A stretch of 64,000 nt of DNA, from contig JADEYG010000012.1 in NCBI GenBank assembly GCA_016906335.1, forward strand, positions 1,116,001 to 1,180,000. The letters are read 5' to 3'. The notes beneath the pieces are model-generated. The model did no database searches. It saw only the letters and a program-made list of their open reading frames with translations, and had not been told where the DNA came from. This stretch comes from Novakomyces olei (lineage: Eukaryota). The position numbers and the translations under genes were made by a program. This document shows positions 12,703-28,899 of this stretch, in pieces; within the stretch, counting starts at the first letter, position 1, and each line of letters starts with the position of its first letter.

Positions 12703-15700
12703 GTAGTATTATTATTATTTCTTTCCACAAACCAAGCACGCCGTAGACACTCCCACAGCTCAGCATCCGTTTTCACTCCAAAAGGATCCAAATTGCTGCG
12801 AATTGTACCCTGGAAAAGTGTAGGTTCTTGAGGGATAATCGCTAAATTTGACCGTAGTTCGTGTAGATCAATACCCGCAATATCTACACCGTCAATCAGG
12901 ATTTGGCCTTTATTCAGTTCTGCCATTCGGTACAGCGCTACCATAATAGAGCTTTTACCAGCACCAGTACGGCCAACTACCCCAACACGCTCTCCACTGT
13001 TGACGCACAAGTTTAAGCCTTGAAGCACGTTTGGCAAACCCTCACGATACGCCATTTGCACATTGCGCATCTCCACTTTGCCCGTCTTTGGCCAGGCATT
13101 ACTTTTGTCAATATTATTAGTAATATTATTGTTACTATTAGTTTTATAATCATCAATATCATTAGTGCCCCCTTTCCTTTCGGTGGCGATACTTGTGCCA
13201 TAGTAATACAAGCGCTCAACGGAATTCATATTGTTTTCCACCTCGGAAAACTGCCGAACCATCCACGAAATCATACCCACAACGCCCAGACAATAAGACA
13301 GTACGAGTCCAATGGAGGCGGCTGAGGTCGACAGCCGTGACGTCACTGCAAAGATTGCCACTACAAAGATCAGCAAATCAGCAGTCAGATCGAGCCGGAC
13401 TCCCAACCAGCGCTGGTTCGTTATAGTGAGAAAATAGGCGCGATTCATGTCGTCAATCGTACGCTCGTTTGTGCGAATGAAGCGGTGCTGTACATTGTAA
13501 GCGCGCACAGTCAGCATACCGTTCAGTGTTTCCCCAAAGTGGGAAAAAACGTGCGACCGTAGCACCGCGTCGAGCCGCTTAAACTCGCGGGCAGAGCCGC
13601 GGTAGAAATAGGCGGCTGTATAAAACATAATGGCCAAAGGAACCAGAGGAAGTGCAAACCAGTGGAAAACAGCAATGGTCAGGATAAAAGTGCCCACAAT
13701 TTGACCAAAAGTAAGGCCAAACATGCGGTAAGCGTCAGATATCATATTGTCAAGAGTATCAACGTCCTTGGAAAACCGGTTAAGTATTCTGCCCATCGGA
13801 GTCGTGTCGAAAAACGACATGGGCGCCCTTAAAACCCGATCCATTGCTCGTGCGGAGAGCGTCCTCGAGGAGGAATTGCCCAGCCAGGTCAAAATCGTGC
13901 CGAAAATAAAGGTGAATATGGCAGTCAGACACCCAATCATTACATAGATGCCAATGTACCAGCCGTCTGGCTGCCGGAACTTTTGCCGTGACCAGTAGGA
14001 CAGCCAAAGATTGTTACATATACTCGCTCCGACAGAGAGGACTAGCAGCATCAAAAGAACTGGGATCCATAAAAGGCCTCCTCCTGCACGAAAATACTCG
14101 GCATAGACAGCCATACTGACAGTGCCCGTTGCCCTCTCTTCTTCTTGCATCAGTTTCCGTGGCGACTGTGTCTTGGCCTTTGCATCCACTTCCTCCTCTT
14201 TGTCAGTACCGTTGTTGCTGCTCCCACTCTCTCTCGCTGCTTCCTTTTCATCGTCACTCTCCTCTGTAAGATTTTCCATGTTGCTTTGGGCTTTTGTACT
14301 CTCATATCCCGGTGACGCATGGGCCTTGATCGTACCTTGGGCCCTGTCGCCTTTTAAACTATCGCGTTTGCTTTTACTCGTATCCAAGTTTTTATCGGAA
14401 ACTATCTCCGTTTTACCCTCGTCAATGACCTCGTCAATGACCTCGTCAATGGCCTCGTCAATGGCCTCGTCAATAGCATCGTCAATAGCCTCCTCTTCCT
14501 CTTCCTCTTCAGCCTCCTCCTTGACATCAAACTTTTTCAAAATCTGTGAAAACTTGGAGTTATTGGCCATTAGTTCATGAAAGGCTCCTTCCTCCGTTAT
14601 CACTCCATCTTCAATCACCAAGATCCTGTCAACTTTATCCAGCACGTGCAGCTGATGCGTCACAAGCAGACGCGTCTTGTCCGCCATAAGTCCGTTTATA
14701 CACTTTTCAAACAAATGCCGGCCAACATTTGCATCCACTGCACTGAGGGGATCGTCCATTAGTACAATATCCGCGTCTACATAAGCTGCCCTGGCAAGGT
14801 TTATACGCTGCTTTTGCCCACCAGACACGGTTATGCCACGCTCACCAATCTCTGTAAGATCTCCGTCTGGAAAGATCTCGAAATCGGGTTCCAAGGCACA
14901 CGCATGCACGATTTTATCATACCTCGCCTGGTCAAATGCACGTCCAAAGAGGATATTTTCCCGTACCGAAATGTTTTGGATCCACGCTTGCTGAGGACAG
15001 TAGCCAATTGCACTGTTTAGGGTTACAGAACCAGACAGCTTACGCATCTGGCCCAAAAGTGCGGATATAAGGCTCGACTTTCCCGACCCTACTGCGCCCA
15101 CAAGGCACACCAGCTCCCCGGGACGGATACGGATATTCATGTCTGACAGAGAAAACGATGTTGGCAGAGACTGCTCTTTACTGCCGTCAGCTTCGAGCGG
15201 CGAATACTCGCTCTCTTTAATTGCTCCAACAGGACCTGTACTTGCGCCAGCAAGAACAGGCCCCGTCATTGCAGCCGAGGTCTCTGTAAGGCTGCGGGTA
15301 AGGCTATCGTCGTTACCTCCGTCACGAGAATCGATATCTGTCGCAGGCACTTTTCCTATACTTTCGCCGTCTCCCACCGTGATGATTTTGTCTTTATTGT
15401 ACACTTCTTCCGCACTACTCTTACCGCTATCGTCCACTCTGCCCTCATTGCTTGTGATTTCGTGTTTACTGCTTTTGCTTTTGCTTTTGCTTTTGCTTTT
15501 GCTTTGGTTTTTGTTTGATCTGTGGAAAGCATTAAAATGTAGCGGTTTACCCTTTGCCTTTGCTCCTTTTGCCAATGAGGGAGTCACAGTCTCCACAGCG
15601 TCAGTGGCAGCCAGGTCCCACGAAAAAGATCCATGCGAAATATCAATAGCAAACTCGTGGCCCTCGTCAATGGGCAACCGGTCGTCCGATTCTTCAGCCT

Positions 15701-16928
15701 TGAAATACTCGCCCAGCCTGTTTGTGGCCACGTAGGCGTCAGACAAGGAGGACATAACAATTGGAAGCATCATGAGGGGAAGCCGCAAGATATTGAAAAG
15801 AGACAAGGAAGCAAAAACTGAACCGGCCTGCAGACTGTGCCCAGAGAGTGAGTACGTAATAAACGCCAGGATTGTAGCAAAAACGGGCAGACTGAGCGAG
15901 ATGGCATTAATTCCAGCACGCATGATTAAAAGAAATCGCACTATCCTAAGCTCAGTGTCTCGCAGAACCTTGAGCCGGTCTCGAAAGGCAGATTCCCAAG
16001 CGTAAAACTTTATTACCCTCATAGAATTCAAAATCTCTTGGATCAAACGGACGCGTGCATCTGTATACTTTGTCGACTGCTTACGCTTGCGCGAGAATAT
16101 TTGTATGACTTTAGTGATTATCGGCGTAGTTATAATCAGCAGCCCAAACCCAGCCAGGGCAGAGGGCCCCAAATTAACGAGGAGAAGTACGAGGCAGATG
16201 ATAATTTGAAAGATACTGCTCCACATAGGGCCAAATCCACAGGCAAAGTCGATGCGGTAAGTGTCGGTGGACATTAAATTTGTAATAAATCCGTTCGTAT
16301 AAGTAAGGCGGGAGCGATTAGACAGCCGTAGCGCTTTACGGTACACAAGCGCAATAAGGGCTCCACGCAATCTCGCGCCGACAAGCATTGTGCGGTCAAA
16401 GAAATGGTGGGTCATTAGGGCAGCCGTCACCTGCATAACAAACAAGCCTACTGCGTATCCCATTCCTCTGCCCACGTGTGGCACGGGTCCTCCCGACCGA
16501 TGGGCGTAGTAAGCTTCTTCCGAAAAATTAATAAGGTGCCGGACGAGCAGAGTGGATACGGAGGTAAGACTATCAGCCAGAATTTTCATTACTGTGGCCG
16601 ACCAGAAAAGCCAGCCAAAGGTGTCATTCATAGCAATGTAAAGGGCAGCTTTGTCATAGCCCTGTGCACGTCTTTTCTCAAGACTTGTCTGCAGCTTCTC
16701 CGCCAGAAAATGCACACTCTCACGGTCGTCCAGCTGCCACAGATCGCGGGGCTGGAGCGGACGCATAAAGCCAGTGTACATTAACGGATTCATCCAGTTC
16801 CAAAATAGCCGCGAGAAGGGATTGGCACGGAACCGAGGAGAAATGGGTACAGACTCGTCGTCCGGAGGGACCATCGGCATATCGTGAGAGATCCATGGAA
16901 CAAGTAGCGACAGGATGCGAAGCGGCAT
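12252..16928 (-). CDS. YOR1: ABCC/MRP-type ABC transporter (Yor1-like, no TMD0), intronless
   Basis: TMD-NBD-TMD-NBD layout. Walker A GAVGSGKSS and GRTGAGKSS; signatures VSGGQKQR and FSLGQRQ. Confidence 0.88.
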
Positions 16929-17190
16929 TTTTTTTTAATTTTTTTTTTAATTTTTTAATTTTTTATTTTATTTTGTCGCTAACTATTCGGCACAAGCCTA
17001 TCGGGCCTTTCCTCTCTCTTTGAGTTTTTCAGCTCTTTCGTCCAATATCGCCGTACTTTTGAACCGGCCTGCTTCGAAAATCGGGTACTGTTAAAGCAGC
17101 ATGTCTGCGTCAGTGTAGTATTGCTATTGCCGTTCTGAAAATGTCGTAATACTAATCTACTGTCGCACTTTGTAGTGCCGAACAACGCGC

Positions 17191-17192
<2 letters not shown>

Positions 17193-17224
<32 letters not shown>
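17193..17224. repeat. (TA)16 microsatellite upstream of the ABC transporter
   Basis: Directly visible. Confidence 0.95.
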
Positions 17225-17228
<4 letters not shown>

Positions 17229-17516
17229 CACGGCGTAACGACGGCTCGTGGATTATTAGACTTCGGCATAATAATACACCGAGAGGCCGATAACAGGGTT
17301 TTCTGGGCGTAAAGGAGGATATATTTTGCGACGCAGTATCAGATAATGAAGAGTGCAATTAGTCAATTCTACAGATAAGAGGATTGGACGCGACATCGAT
17401 TGTGTAATTGGCAGAAAAAGCAGGCTGAATAATACTGCCGCTTAATCGTACACGCTTATATAAAATCGGTGCAATTCGTTGTGGATTCTCAAAACGCGTA
17501 ATGCCAAATGTACGAG

Positions 17517-17597
17517 AATAATAATAACAATAATAATAATAATAACAATAATAACAATAATAATAATAATAACAATAATAACAATAATAATAATAAT
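17517..17597. repeat. (AAY)27 trinucleotide microsatellite with a 27-bp higher-order period
   Basis: (AAT)3 AAC (AAT)5 AAC (AAT)2 AAC (AAT)5 AAC (AAT)2 AAC (AAT)5. Confidence 0.95.
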
Positions 17598-17652
17598 ACT
17601 GATAATATTATTCCAACTGCACAATTCCTAGAATTACGAACTTTTATCCAAC

Positions 17653-19451
<1,799 letters not shown>

Positions 19452-19833
19452 TGAGGGCACCGCTGCGACTACGCGTCCGCCTAGTGTCGCGTTAACCTTT
19501 TTTGCCTGCTTTTTAAGGCTCAATATATCGGTTGTCTATTCGCGTTTACTTGCTGCTACACTGTATATAAATTATAATTAATTAATCCCTAAAACATATT
19601 AAAAAAACGGTTCATTACGCGATGATACAATAGCACTGCAATCGGTTTCGATATTTCATACAAAAATATTGTAATAATAATTATTGTAATTATATATTGT
19701 AATTATAATATCTATTATAATTGATTATAATTATTATATTATTGCAATTATTGTATGTAGGTTTAATTATTATTCCTATTGTAAATTATCATTAAATGTA
19801 GAAAATATTTACAAAAAATTAGTTATTGCCGCG

Positions 19834-20667
19834 ATGCTGCGTGGACGGTCGTCGTTTGCGGTTTTACGCTGCAGATGCGGGAGCAATGCAGCCGGCGCAC
19901 AGATTATTGGCGCACGGCTCATTTCGTACGGTGAAAAACAGAAGCGATTGGCTCCAAAACAGAGCAAAGCTGCGGCCAGCAAAGCTCCAGTAAAGCCTCA
20001 CTTGCGTTTGCCGGCACAAGATCCATTGGATCTGCCATTAATTGAAGCTCTGCGGTATTTGAAAGCAGCCGAGGTTTGCCGAGACAAAACGACGTACCAC
20101 ATCCGTCTCAGCCTGGAAAGCCGGTCCCAACGCGGCTCTGCTATTCAGGGCAGTATAAACTTCCCGACGCCTGTCCACACTGCAGGTTTGCGTATTTGCG
20201 TAATTGCGTCTGGTCGCGAGGCAGAAGATGCTCGGAAAGCCGGAGCCGCAGTTGTCGGGACGACGTCAGTAATTGAGGATATAGCGAATGGCAAAATCAA
20301 TTTTACCCGCTGCATCTGCCACAAGGACCACCAGGCACTCTTGCGGCCAGTTCAACGGATACTGGGGCCATTGGGCCTTATGCCCGTGGAGAAGCGCGGC
20401 ACTATTACTGCCGATGTGGCACAGGCAGTCCATGACAGCTTGTCCCTGAGCTTCTATCGCGCGGATGATTCAGGGACGGTTGATTTGGTCATTGGCAATG
20501 CTCAGCACACGATACCCGAGCTTGCAGGCAATATATCTGTTCTCGCCCGCCTTATTGAGGAGCAGATTTTACGACAAAATCAGGACGTCTTGGTTAGACT
20601 GGCTATCGTCTATTCTACCCACGGGTTTGAAATACCCTTGCGGGATCTTTTCCGAAAGATCGGTTAG
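19834..20667 (+). CDS. MRPL1: Mitochondrial ribosomal protein uL1m
   Basis: Presequence-like start; ICVIA..AEDARKAGAAVVG and RILGPLGLMPVEKRGT are L1 motifs. Confidence 0.85.
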   Translation: MLRGRSSFAVLRCRCGSNAAGAQIIGARLISYGEKQKRLAPKQSKAAASKAPVKPHLRLPAQDPLDLPLIEALRYLKAAEVCRDKTTYHIRLSLESRSQRGSAIQGSINFPTPVHTAGLRICVIASGREAEDARKAGAAVVGTTSVIEDIANGKINFTRCICHKDHQALLRPVQRILGPLGLMPVEKRGTITADVAQAVHDSLSLSFYRADDSGTVDLVIGNAQHTIPELAGNISVLARLIEEQILRQNQDVLVRLAIVYSTHGFEIPLRDLFRKIG

Positions 20668-20936
20668 CCGGGGTTGACGTAAATGAAAAAAAGAATTTAT
20701 TTATTTATTAAATATTAAATTTAATTATTACGGGACACGTACACTTTGCCCTCCCTCGAGTTTTGTAATTGTAGAAACAGTGAAATTTGCATATATGATA
20801 TGACTTTCAAATGATGAAAGCAGACTCTGGACATGCGAGTCTATACCTCTATCAAATACCTCTTTTTCGTAAATATAAATATGTATAAATATGTATATAT
20901 ATGTATATTCTTCTCTATAATGTCGCGAAGCTCTGA

Positions 20937-23518
20937 CTAGAGTTTGCCCATGCTCCAGTACGAGTTGAGCAAGAACCCAATTACCGGCAGAATAATAGCG
21001 ATTGCGAAAATGTACCACGACACAGAGGCAGACGATGACTTTTCCAAATCTTGCACGATTACATAGGCTTCTTTGACCGATTCGTCGCTCCAAAAGTATA
21101 CAATTTCTGGGCTATCTCCGTACCGCAGCTTTCCATCACTCGTCTCAATTTTATAATGGCCGGGGACGAAATGCAATTTTGGTAAAAATATTTCAGTTCG
21201 TGTCTCTAGTGGGAAGGATTCTTCATTTTCGCTGACTACAAGTCTTTTGGGGATAAATCTGAGCTCAAACCTTTTCTGGTCCATATCAAAATAACACGTT
21301 TTAGGCACACCAGCGATCGCTGTCGCATTAGGCCTCACAAACGCTTCGGCAGCTCGGGCACCAGAGTAAATATCCTTTCCTTTGTTACCATTATCGCAAT
21401 ATATTGAAAAATCTTCAGAATTCCAAATGTCCCCAGCACCTTCGTGTGCCTTATTCTCTGGCGTATAGTTCCATATCGTATAGCTCAGCAGATTTTGCTC
21501 CATTGCTCTCAGCACGAGATTCAAAAACCTTGTCTGATGGTAATAATCGTTTGTCGTGCTGCGCGAATAGTACGAATCAATGTCAAATGGAATGCCGACT
21601 TCGCCTACCACACGAGGGACAGCAATCGGCGAATTTTCGAAAAGAGATTTAAATTGCAAAGCATAGTTTGCAGCTACTCCCTTCTCCCCAAAATAAGTTA
21701 GTTTCCACAGCTTTCGCGAGCCCTGAATGGTTAATCAAAGATACCGATAATATGGAATATTTGATACATTTAAGAAATTGATAAAAATAAATTTAATGAA
21801 TATTATATAAAAATTAAACAACCAAAGGTTGGAAAAAAGTCTTTAATTTCACAACAAACCACACGAAAAGAGAAAGAGGCACAAGAGCAAAAAGAACAGA
21901 TGGGGGCAAGCACTTTTGCATTAAACCAGAAAAAAATAAAAAGGGACTGATCGCCTTTTCCTATAAGATGCTTACCCTGGACAACTCTTGTACATTAAAA
22001 GAAATTAAGGAGCTCCAACTCTTTTCAAACAGGGCACGCAAATCGTACCAGTGGGGAGCGTACACGAGATAGGGCCCAATAGAACGTAGAGCGGCCTCTA
22101 CGAGCCAGCTGCATTGAGTATTGGGCACAGGCTCAAAGAAAAGGTAAGCGTCTGGAGAAACGCTTCGTATTGCAAGAGTCAATTTCTCGACAAATGGAAG
22201 GTAACTGTCTGCATTAAACTCGTACACGGTTCCATCTCTCTTCCGATAAAAATAATCGTCTTTACACGTAATACCGAGTTCCGGATCCCGTTTCCATGCC
22301 CCATTAGCATGCCAGATTTCGGGATTACCATGCGACAAAGCCCTAACACGGTCGGGATTGCATCGCGCTTGATGTGAAAACTTTGTCGGGTGAGGCCAAG
22401 ATTTTGTCCAAACGTCAACGTCAACATCTTCTCCGTCTGCTAAAAGCATAGATTGCAATGCTGTCGGCATTTCTCCAATATGAAGATTTACGTCTTTATT
22501 ATACGCGTGCAGGGAAGGCAGGCCAGCAAAGCCGTGATGAGGCTCATTCATGACATCATAGCCCACGACATTGGGACAGGTAGATAAATGCCTTGCCTTG
22601 TTAGCTTATTTCAGAATAAAGACACGCGTAATCGTCTCACTTTGCGAGTTCCGTAATGCAATTAATATACGCAGTTTGCAAGAACGTTTGAACTGCGACT
22701 CCATCGATAACAGTGTGCGGTGCAAACTCGTTCCCGGCAAAAAACAGGGTAAACATAGTCTGCGTAGCGTATTTAGTATAATTAGTTGCCCAAAGAGTGC
22801 CTGCCTGAGCATGAGCTGAAAAGTCTAGGCCTTGAAGGACGGAGGCACCACATCGCTCAAAATTCCGTGGCTCTAATCCAAGCAATTCAAATGTCCATAT
22901 CGGAGCACCGCTTCCGCCCGTCCATCTGCTCCACTACAAGTCAGTATACCAAACAATGCGTGCATGATATGGATGGAAATAAAAAGGGTAAAACATGGAA
23001 TTTAAAACTTGAAGAAACTTAAAAAAATAAAAATAAAATAAAAAAATACGACGAGAAACCGAAAATAAAAAGTTGAGAGATATGCCAGTCAGTACACTTA
23101 CACAATCTTGATGAATATCCAAAAATACGTAAAGTCCAAGCCGGCCAGCCACATCACAAATCTGCTTTAAATACTTTATGTACTCGTAATCATACTGACC
23201 CGGGCCCGCGTGCTCGAGGGCTTCCCATACCGAGATGAGCCTAATCAAGGTAAACCCCCATGATTTGAGACGAGCAAAATGCAATGGGGCCTCATCTATC
23301 GCAAAAGGCCTTGCGACAAACGAAACGTTGTTTGCGTCATAAAAGTCGGCGCTGTCCTTGTTTATACTGCTCGGGAATGGGGAAGCTGGCAGTTTGCATG
23401 TACCCGAGACATTACACCCATGAAACAGTAAATGCCGTCCATAATTGTCGACGAAAAAGGGCGCTTCTTTGCTTCGAGACAGACCGGATGGTACAGACGG
23501 CAATTTTTCCGCTCTCAT
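20937..23518 (-). CDS. GH5 endoglycoceramidase-related glucosylceramidase / steryl-glucosidase with C-terminal TM; introns 22934-23101, 22592-22640, 21723-21975
   Basis: WEALEHAGPGQYD, DIHQD|WSRWTGGSGAP, acid/base MNEP, nucleophile VGEVG, WNYTPEN and WNSEDFS. Confidence 0.9.
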
Positions 23519-24020
23519 ACCGTCTAATTGTGATCAATTGTTGCCATTCTTGGGCCACACTGACGGGTGGACGAGTGTGCCTATCTTGTCTATGTCCATC
23601 CTTCTATATATCATCTAAATTATATAAATCTATCTATACATCTGTCTACATACCATTTATCGCGCAAATAGGGACAATAACTGTACAATAATAAATAAAG
23701 TTAGAGCCAGAAAGGTTTTATTTATTTAATTTTCTTTATTTTTTTAGATGTCCCTGTTTCGGCTGACCTTATAATAAATTCTGCCGTTCATTACTTGCAC
23801 ATTACATAGGTTTTCCATATTGTTACCGCAGATCCATAAAACTGTTCCAGAAGCATAATCCAAGAGCATAAAATATGAATATAATACGAATATGAATATG
23901 AATACGAATATAATTATAATTAAATACAAGATTTCAAGGTACAGTGCCGTGTCGAGCTGGTATCACGAGCGCACGCAAACATCTACATGGTCTGACGCCA
24001 ATCAGTCAGGATATTGATCA

Positions 24021-25598
24021 ATGGTTGGCTATTCAGCCCTGGGTTCGACTGAGCCGAGTTTAGAGGAAGAAATTGAGCAGCAGCAGCAGCTCCGAGTCTC
24101 ACGGACGCGCTCTGCTTCCTCAACTGCTCTGTCTGTGAAAGCAAACGGGCATGAATCCTCCACGTCGGAACGGTTTCGCTGGGTTGTTGTCGGTATCGCT
24201 CTTTTTGTAGCACTCGTCTGTTTTGGCGTGCAGACGGTAGGCGATCGGCATTGCTTTATGATTTTGTAGGCTGACTGTATAGGAACTCGCTCAGTACGTC
24301 CAGCACGAATTGCACTTTGACAAACCCTACTTTATGCTGTAAGCTGAACCCGTAAATGCTTGAAAAGCCTGCCTGATCGTCTCGTTACTAATCAACAGGT
24401 ACATAACCCACGGATCATGGTTTATAAACGCAATTTTGCAATTTTGTTATCTTCGATTTATAAGGCGGCCCATTTCGACTCGCGCTCTACTTCGTCAGCA
24501 CATACACACGCTCAAGTTTGTGGCGGAGACAATCAGGAAAGAAAATGCGACAGTGTTGCCAAACAAGAGCGCGCTTGCATACTTTGCCATCGTTACTTTT
24601 AGCCTCACTTTTGTCTTGACCGGAGCCGCGTCTACTTGGTACATTGCTGTAAAGTATGATCATACGCAATACACTTTTTGATTGAGTTGCATATTTGGGG
24701 TTTTGTTTGTCTGCGTGTATTTTAATCATCTGCTAACGCGTCCAGCATGACATCGGCCAGCGATGTATCTGCAATATATAATTGTAGCGCTTTTACAGCG
24801 TATCTATTCTCAATTCCTTTACTGCATGAAAAACTGCGTCTGGACAAAGTATTGGCCGTTGTCTTCAGTATTGCCGGAGTGTTTTTGATTGCATATGATT
24901 CGGCAGGCCCGGAATCTGTTGATGCGGGACGCAGGTTTTTTGGAAATGTTTTAATAGCTATCGGCGCCATCTTTTATGGGTAACTTTTGTTCGGATACTC
25001 CTTCATTTTCCTTTTGTTTTTATTCTGGTTTTTTTTTTCGTTGGTTTGAATATATAAAAATAATAATAAACTTGTTTGCGTTCCGACTGGCTCATCTTTT
25101 AGCTTGTATGAAGTATTGTACAAAAAATACGCATGTACAGAAGTCGAAATTCCGATGACATATTCCGTGGAGTTTGCGAATATTATGGCAAGTGCCATCG
25201 GAACAATCACACTATTGGGCTTTTGGATCTTTATCCCTATTCTTCATTGGACCGGATTAGAGCCCTTTGAGCTACCGAGCCGCGGGGCAGTATGGGCGCT
25301 TGTTGCATCTGTAATTGCGAATTTCTTATACACTGGTTGCCTATTGACCATGATTGCTCTCACCTCACCCGTTCTGTCTTCTGTCGCTTGCCTGCTCTCC
25401 ATCTTTGTGGTAGCTATTGCCGATACACTGATTCGAAACCAGAATCTTGGGCTTCAAACTGTGATTGGCGGTGTTCTCATAATTGTAGCCTTCATCGTCC
25501 TTACAATTGCCACTTATCATGAGCTTGACGATAAGCACAAGCTTGCACAAGAGGCAGATGACAATAACGATTTTAGTGATTCTGATGAGCAACGGTGA
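24021..25598 (+). CDS. EamA/DMT-superfamily transporter; introns 24237-24282, 24339-24398, 24654-24745, 24980-25102
   Basis: Multi-TM protein; KPYFMLYITHGSW, SAIYNCSAFTAYLFS and YGLYEVLYK. Four canonical introns keep the frame. Confidence 0.88.
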
Positions 25599-25699
25599 TC
25601 ACAGGATACGGAGGCTTCAAAGCAGTTGCAATACAATGCGACCGGAAAGAAGGGAGAGGACAGAGTAGAGGGTATACTTTAGTTTCTGAATATAGCCAA

Positions 25700-26450
25700 T
25701 TATAACAATTCGTAATCGTCCAGCTTGCACTTGTTAGCAAAATAAATAAATATACGGCTGAATACCTGATCATTGTAAGTAGCGATGTGGCGTTTGAGTT
25801 TACTGGTATCCACCCAGGTGACGAAATCTTCAAGGTTTCTGCCGACTTAGTAAAGGAAGTAGCGAGCAAAAAGTAAGACCAAGTAAGTATTGCTCAAGTT
25901 TAGTGTAAAGCAATGCTATACACTAAGACTTAACTAAAATCTTGCTGCAAAACTTACCTTGTAACGAGAAACGCCGGGTCAGTAACAACTTCAGGACCGA
26001 CGCGCACGTGTCCCTGCTGAACGAGCCGGGTGGCCACGCTCACAGTTTCTGCCATTTTAACCCTAACCATAACAACAGGCAAACGACGGCGACAGAGAGC
26101 GGATACGGTGACTTTATTTTCCACGCTGCTCATTTTGTTTTTGTCGGGCAAAATGCCCATTGCAAATAACTTTTCAAGCAGCAGCTTCTCGTGCTCAGAT
26201 CGGAACGAGTCGCGTGGATCGAGCAGTGCCAACTTGTGCGCCAACTGCCGAATTTTACCACATAAACGATTGTACTTTGCATAGTCTTCACGGTCTTGCA
26301 CGTGGTACCGCCGCATTACCGCCACATCACGGTGGTCATTGTCTTCTTTGTAGTTTAAAAAGTCGACCTTTGCCAAGTTAGAGCTTGCTCTAAATCTAAT
26401 TGCCGTACCTTTTTCAGTAGCTTGCGCTCGTGATGCTTGAGCAACCTCAT
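25700..26450 (-). CDS. IMP3: U3 snoRNP protein Imp3 (182 aa); introns 26368-26408, 25839-25957, 25724-25765
   Basis: [64 protein letters not shown]. Confidence 0.95.
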
Positions 26451-26714
26451 CTTTGACGGGCTTGTGGACTATTGCTAATATTTTTTTTCTTTTATTTATT
26501 TATTTATTTTTTTCATTATGTGATCTATGCAATTATTTAGTTCCAATTATTTAAATGTATAATTATTCTATTTCATATTTTACGCATTTACGCATTTACG
26601 CATTTTATGCATTTTATACTTTTTACAGTTCACGGAAATTTCGCTTCATAGGCCCTCGGCACCGTAAAAATATCCAAATGATCGCCAACTCTACAAAAGT
26701 CCACACAAACTGAC

Positions 26715-28899
26715 ATGACAGCTACAAAATCTGGAGAGTCTATAAAAATCCCGGAGAAGATTAAAGCGCTTGGGAATGGCGATCCACTCTTCTATTCATT
26801 CGAGTATTTTCCCCCTAAAACTCAAATGGTACGGCATAAGCTTATTACATCTCCAATTTGACGTTTACGCGAGACTAAAAACCTGTCCCTCTTTTCAGTT
26901 TCGTTTTTGTCACCACCTCTCTCTCGGCAAACTCTTGCCTTGAATTATTGCTTATTTCCGTACTCATGAGACTGCCGCGAACCTTTTAAACAGTTGTCTT
27001 GTACCTTATCAATGTCCCATAAGTGCTTTTACTAATTCATAGGGATGGGAGAATTTGCAGCAACGTTTGGGCCGTATGAGCTCGGGGCTTTTGCCCTTGT
27101 TTGCTTCGGTTACGTGGGGCACTGGTGGCTCAACGGCAGAAAAATCAATTGATCTTGCTGTTTCGTGCCAGCAAGAGCACGGCATGACGGCCTGCTTACA
27201 CTTGACCTGTACAAATATGGACCGCTCTATCCTGGACGCGACGCTCCAACGCGCAAAGGCTTCTGGTATTCGTAATATACTGGCTCTTCGAGGCGATCCG
27301 CCGCGGGGAGAGGAGTACAGTGCGGATGGCGATTTCAAGTACGCAATTGATCTTATTCGCTATATTCGTGAACGCTACGGAGATTATTTTGCTATTGGAG
27401 TAGCAGCCTACCCGGAGGGCCACGTGGACGGGTCCGATACAGAGGCTCAGGACATCGATAAGGACATTGAGTTCTTGCGGGAAAAGGTTCAAGCGGGCGC
27501 CTCGTTTATAATTACTCAGCTGTTCTTTGATGTACAAGTTTTTCTTGAATTTGAGCAAAAGCTACGGGACCACGCGAGTGGAGTTTTCAATGATATCGTC
27601 TTGATACCGTGTATTATGCCCATACAATCTTATGCAACGCTTAAACGGCTGTCTAAACTTTCTCACGCTCGAATTCCGCCACAGGTTCTTGAGATTGTGG
27701 AACCTTTACGAGGGGATGATGACAAAGTCAAAGCAGCCGGTGTCGATATTGCTTCAAATATAATAATGACAATAATGACGGGTACACAGGGCCGTATTAG
27801 AGGCTTTCATTTCTGTACTCTAAACTTGGAAAAGAGTGTATCCTTTATCCTGGAGCGAACAGGGCTTTTAGCAGCCGCCTACAGCCGGAAACAAGCGGAT
27901 GCTAATGACAATGCTATTGCTGACGGAGTCGCTGCGCCGCCTCCTCCCGCCATAAATGGAAGGCGCCTTCCTCGCAAGAGTTCGGGGTTTTCAGATCCTA
28001 ACAACAAGGTGATTGTTTCCGAGTTGCAACAAAACTTACGGCGCGATTTACAAGTAATCGACTCTGAAGCTGGAGTGCCAGCGTCGGAAGATATGTCGTC
28101 TAGTGCGGTCAAGCTGGCGGTCTCTGAGGGCGAAGGTACAATGGGCCGTCAGGCCACATGGGACGAGTTTCCTAATGGCCGTTTTGGAGACCCAAGGTCG
28201 CCTGCCTTTGGAGAGATTGACGGCTATGGTCCGTCAATCCAGCTTTCTCCCAAGATTGCTCTTAAAGTATGGGGATTTCCGGTGAATGAAGACGATATTT
28301 CCAGGATTTTCCTTGATTATTTGGATCGCAAGACGCGTGCTATTCCTTGGTCTGATGAGGCCGGTTTATCAGATGAAACAAAGTTGATCGTAGAGCATTT
28401 GAAGGTGCTTAATTCCCGACACTGGTGGACTGTAGGTAGTCAGCCTGCTGTTGATGGCTGCAAGAGCTCTGATCCTGTATTGGGCTGGGGCCCGGCTAAC
28501 GGATGGGTTTTCCAAAAGGCTTTTGTTGAATTCTTTGTAGACCAGGACGAACTGGATCAATTGTTTGCAAAATTGGCCTCAGAGTCCTCCCTGTCTTTCT
28601 ATGCGGCCAATTCAGCTGGAGAGTTTAAGAGTAACATGAGCGAAGATGATCGCAATGCTGTAACTTGGGGAGTTTTCTGCGGTAAAGAAATTGTTACCCC
28701 TACGATAATAGAGACTGCGTCTTTTTGTGCTTGGAAGGATGAAGCATTTGATATTTGGAAGGAATGGGCTCAATTGTACCCTCGCCGATCGGCAACACGC
28801 AATTTGCTGGATAAACTAGCTCAGCGGCGTTGGCTCGTTTCCGTGGTTGATCACGAGTTTCAGGATCCTGACCGGTTATGGCGGGTGCTGGAGGCTTGA
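26715..28899 (+). CDS. MET12: Methylenetetrahydrofolate reductase (Met12 type); intron 26829-27042
   Basis: SFEYFPPKT, HLTCTNM, NILALRGDPP, AYPEGH, ITQLFFD and WDEFPNGRFGDPRSPAFG. Confidence 0.9.

Noticed and set aside
14122-15735. Long antisense ORFs within the ABC gene (similar ones in XRN1, TPP2 and GH15)
   Set aside because: Shadow frames of real CDSs with no recognisable motifs.
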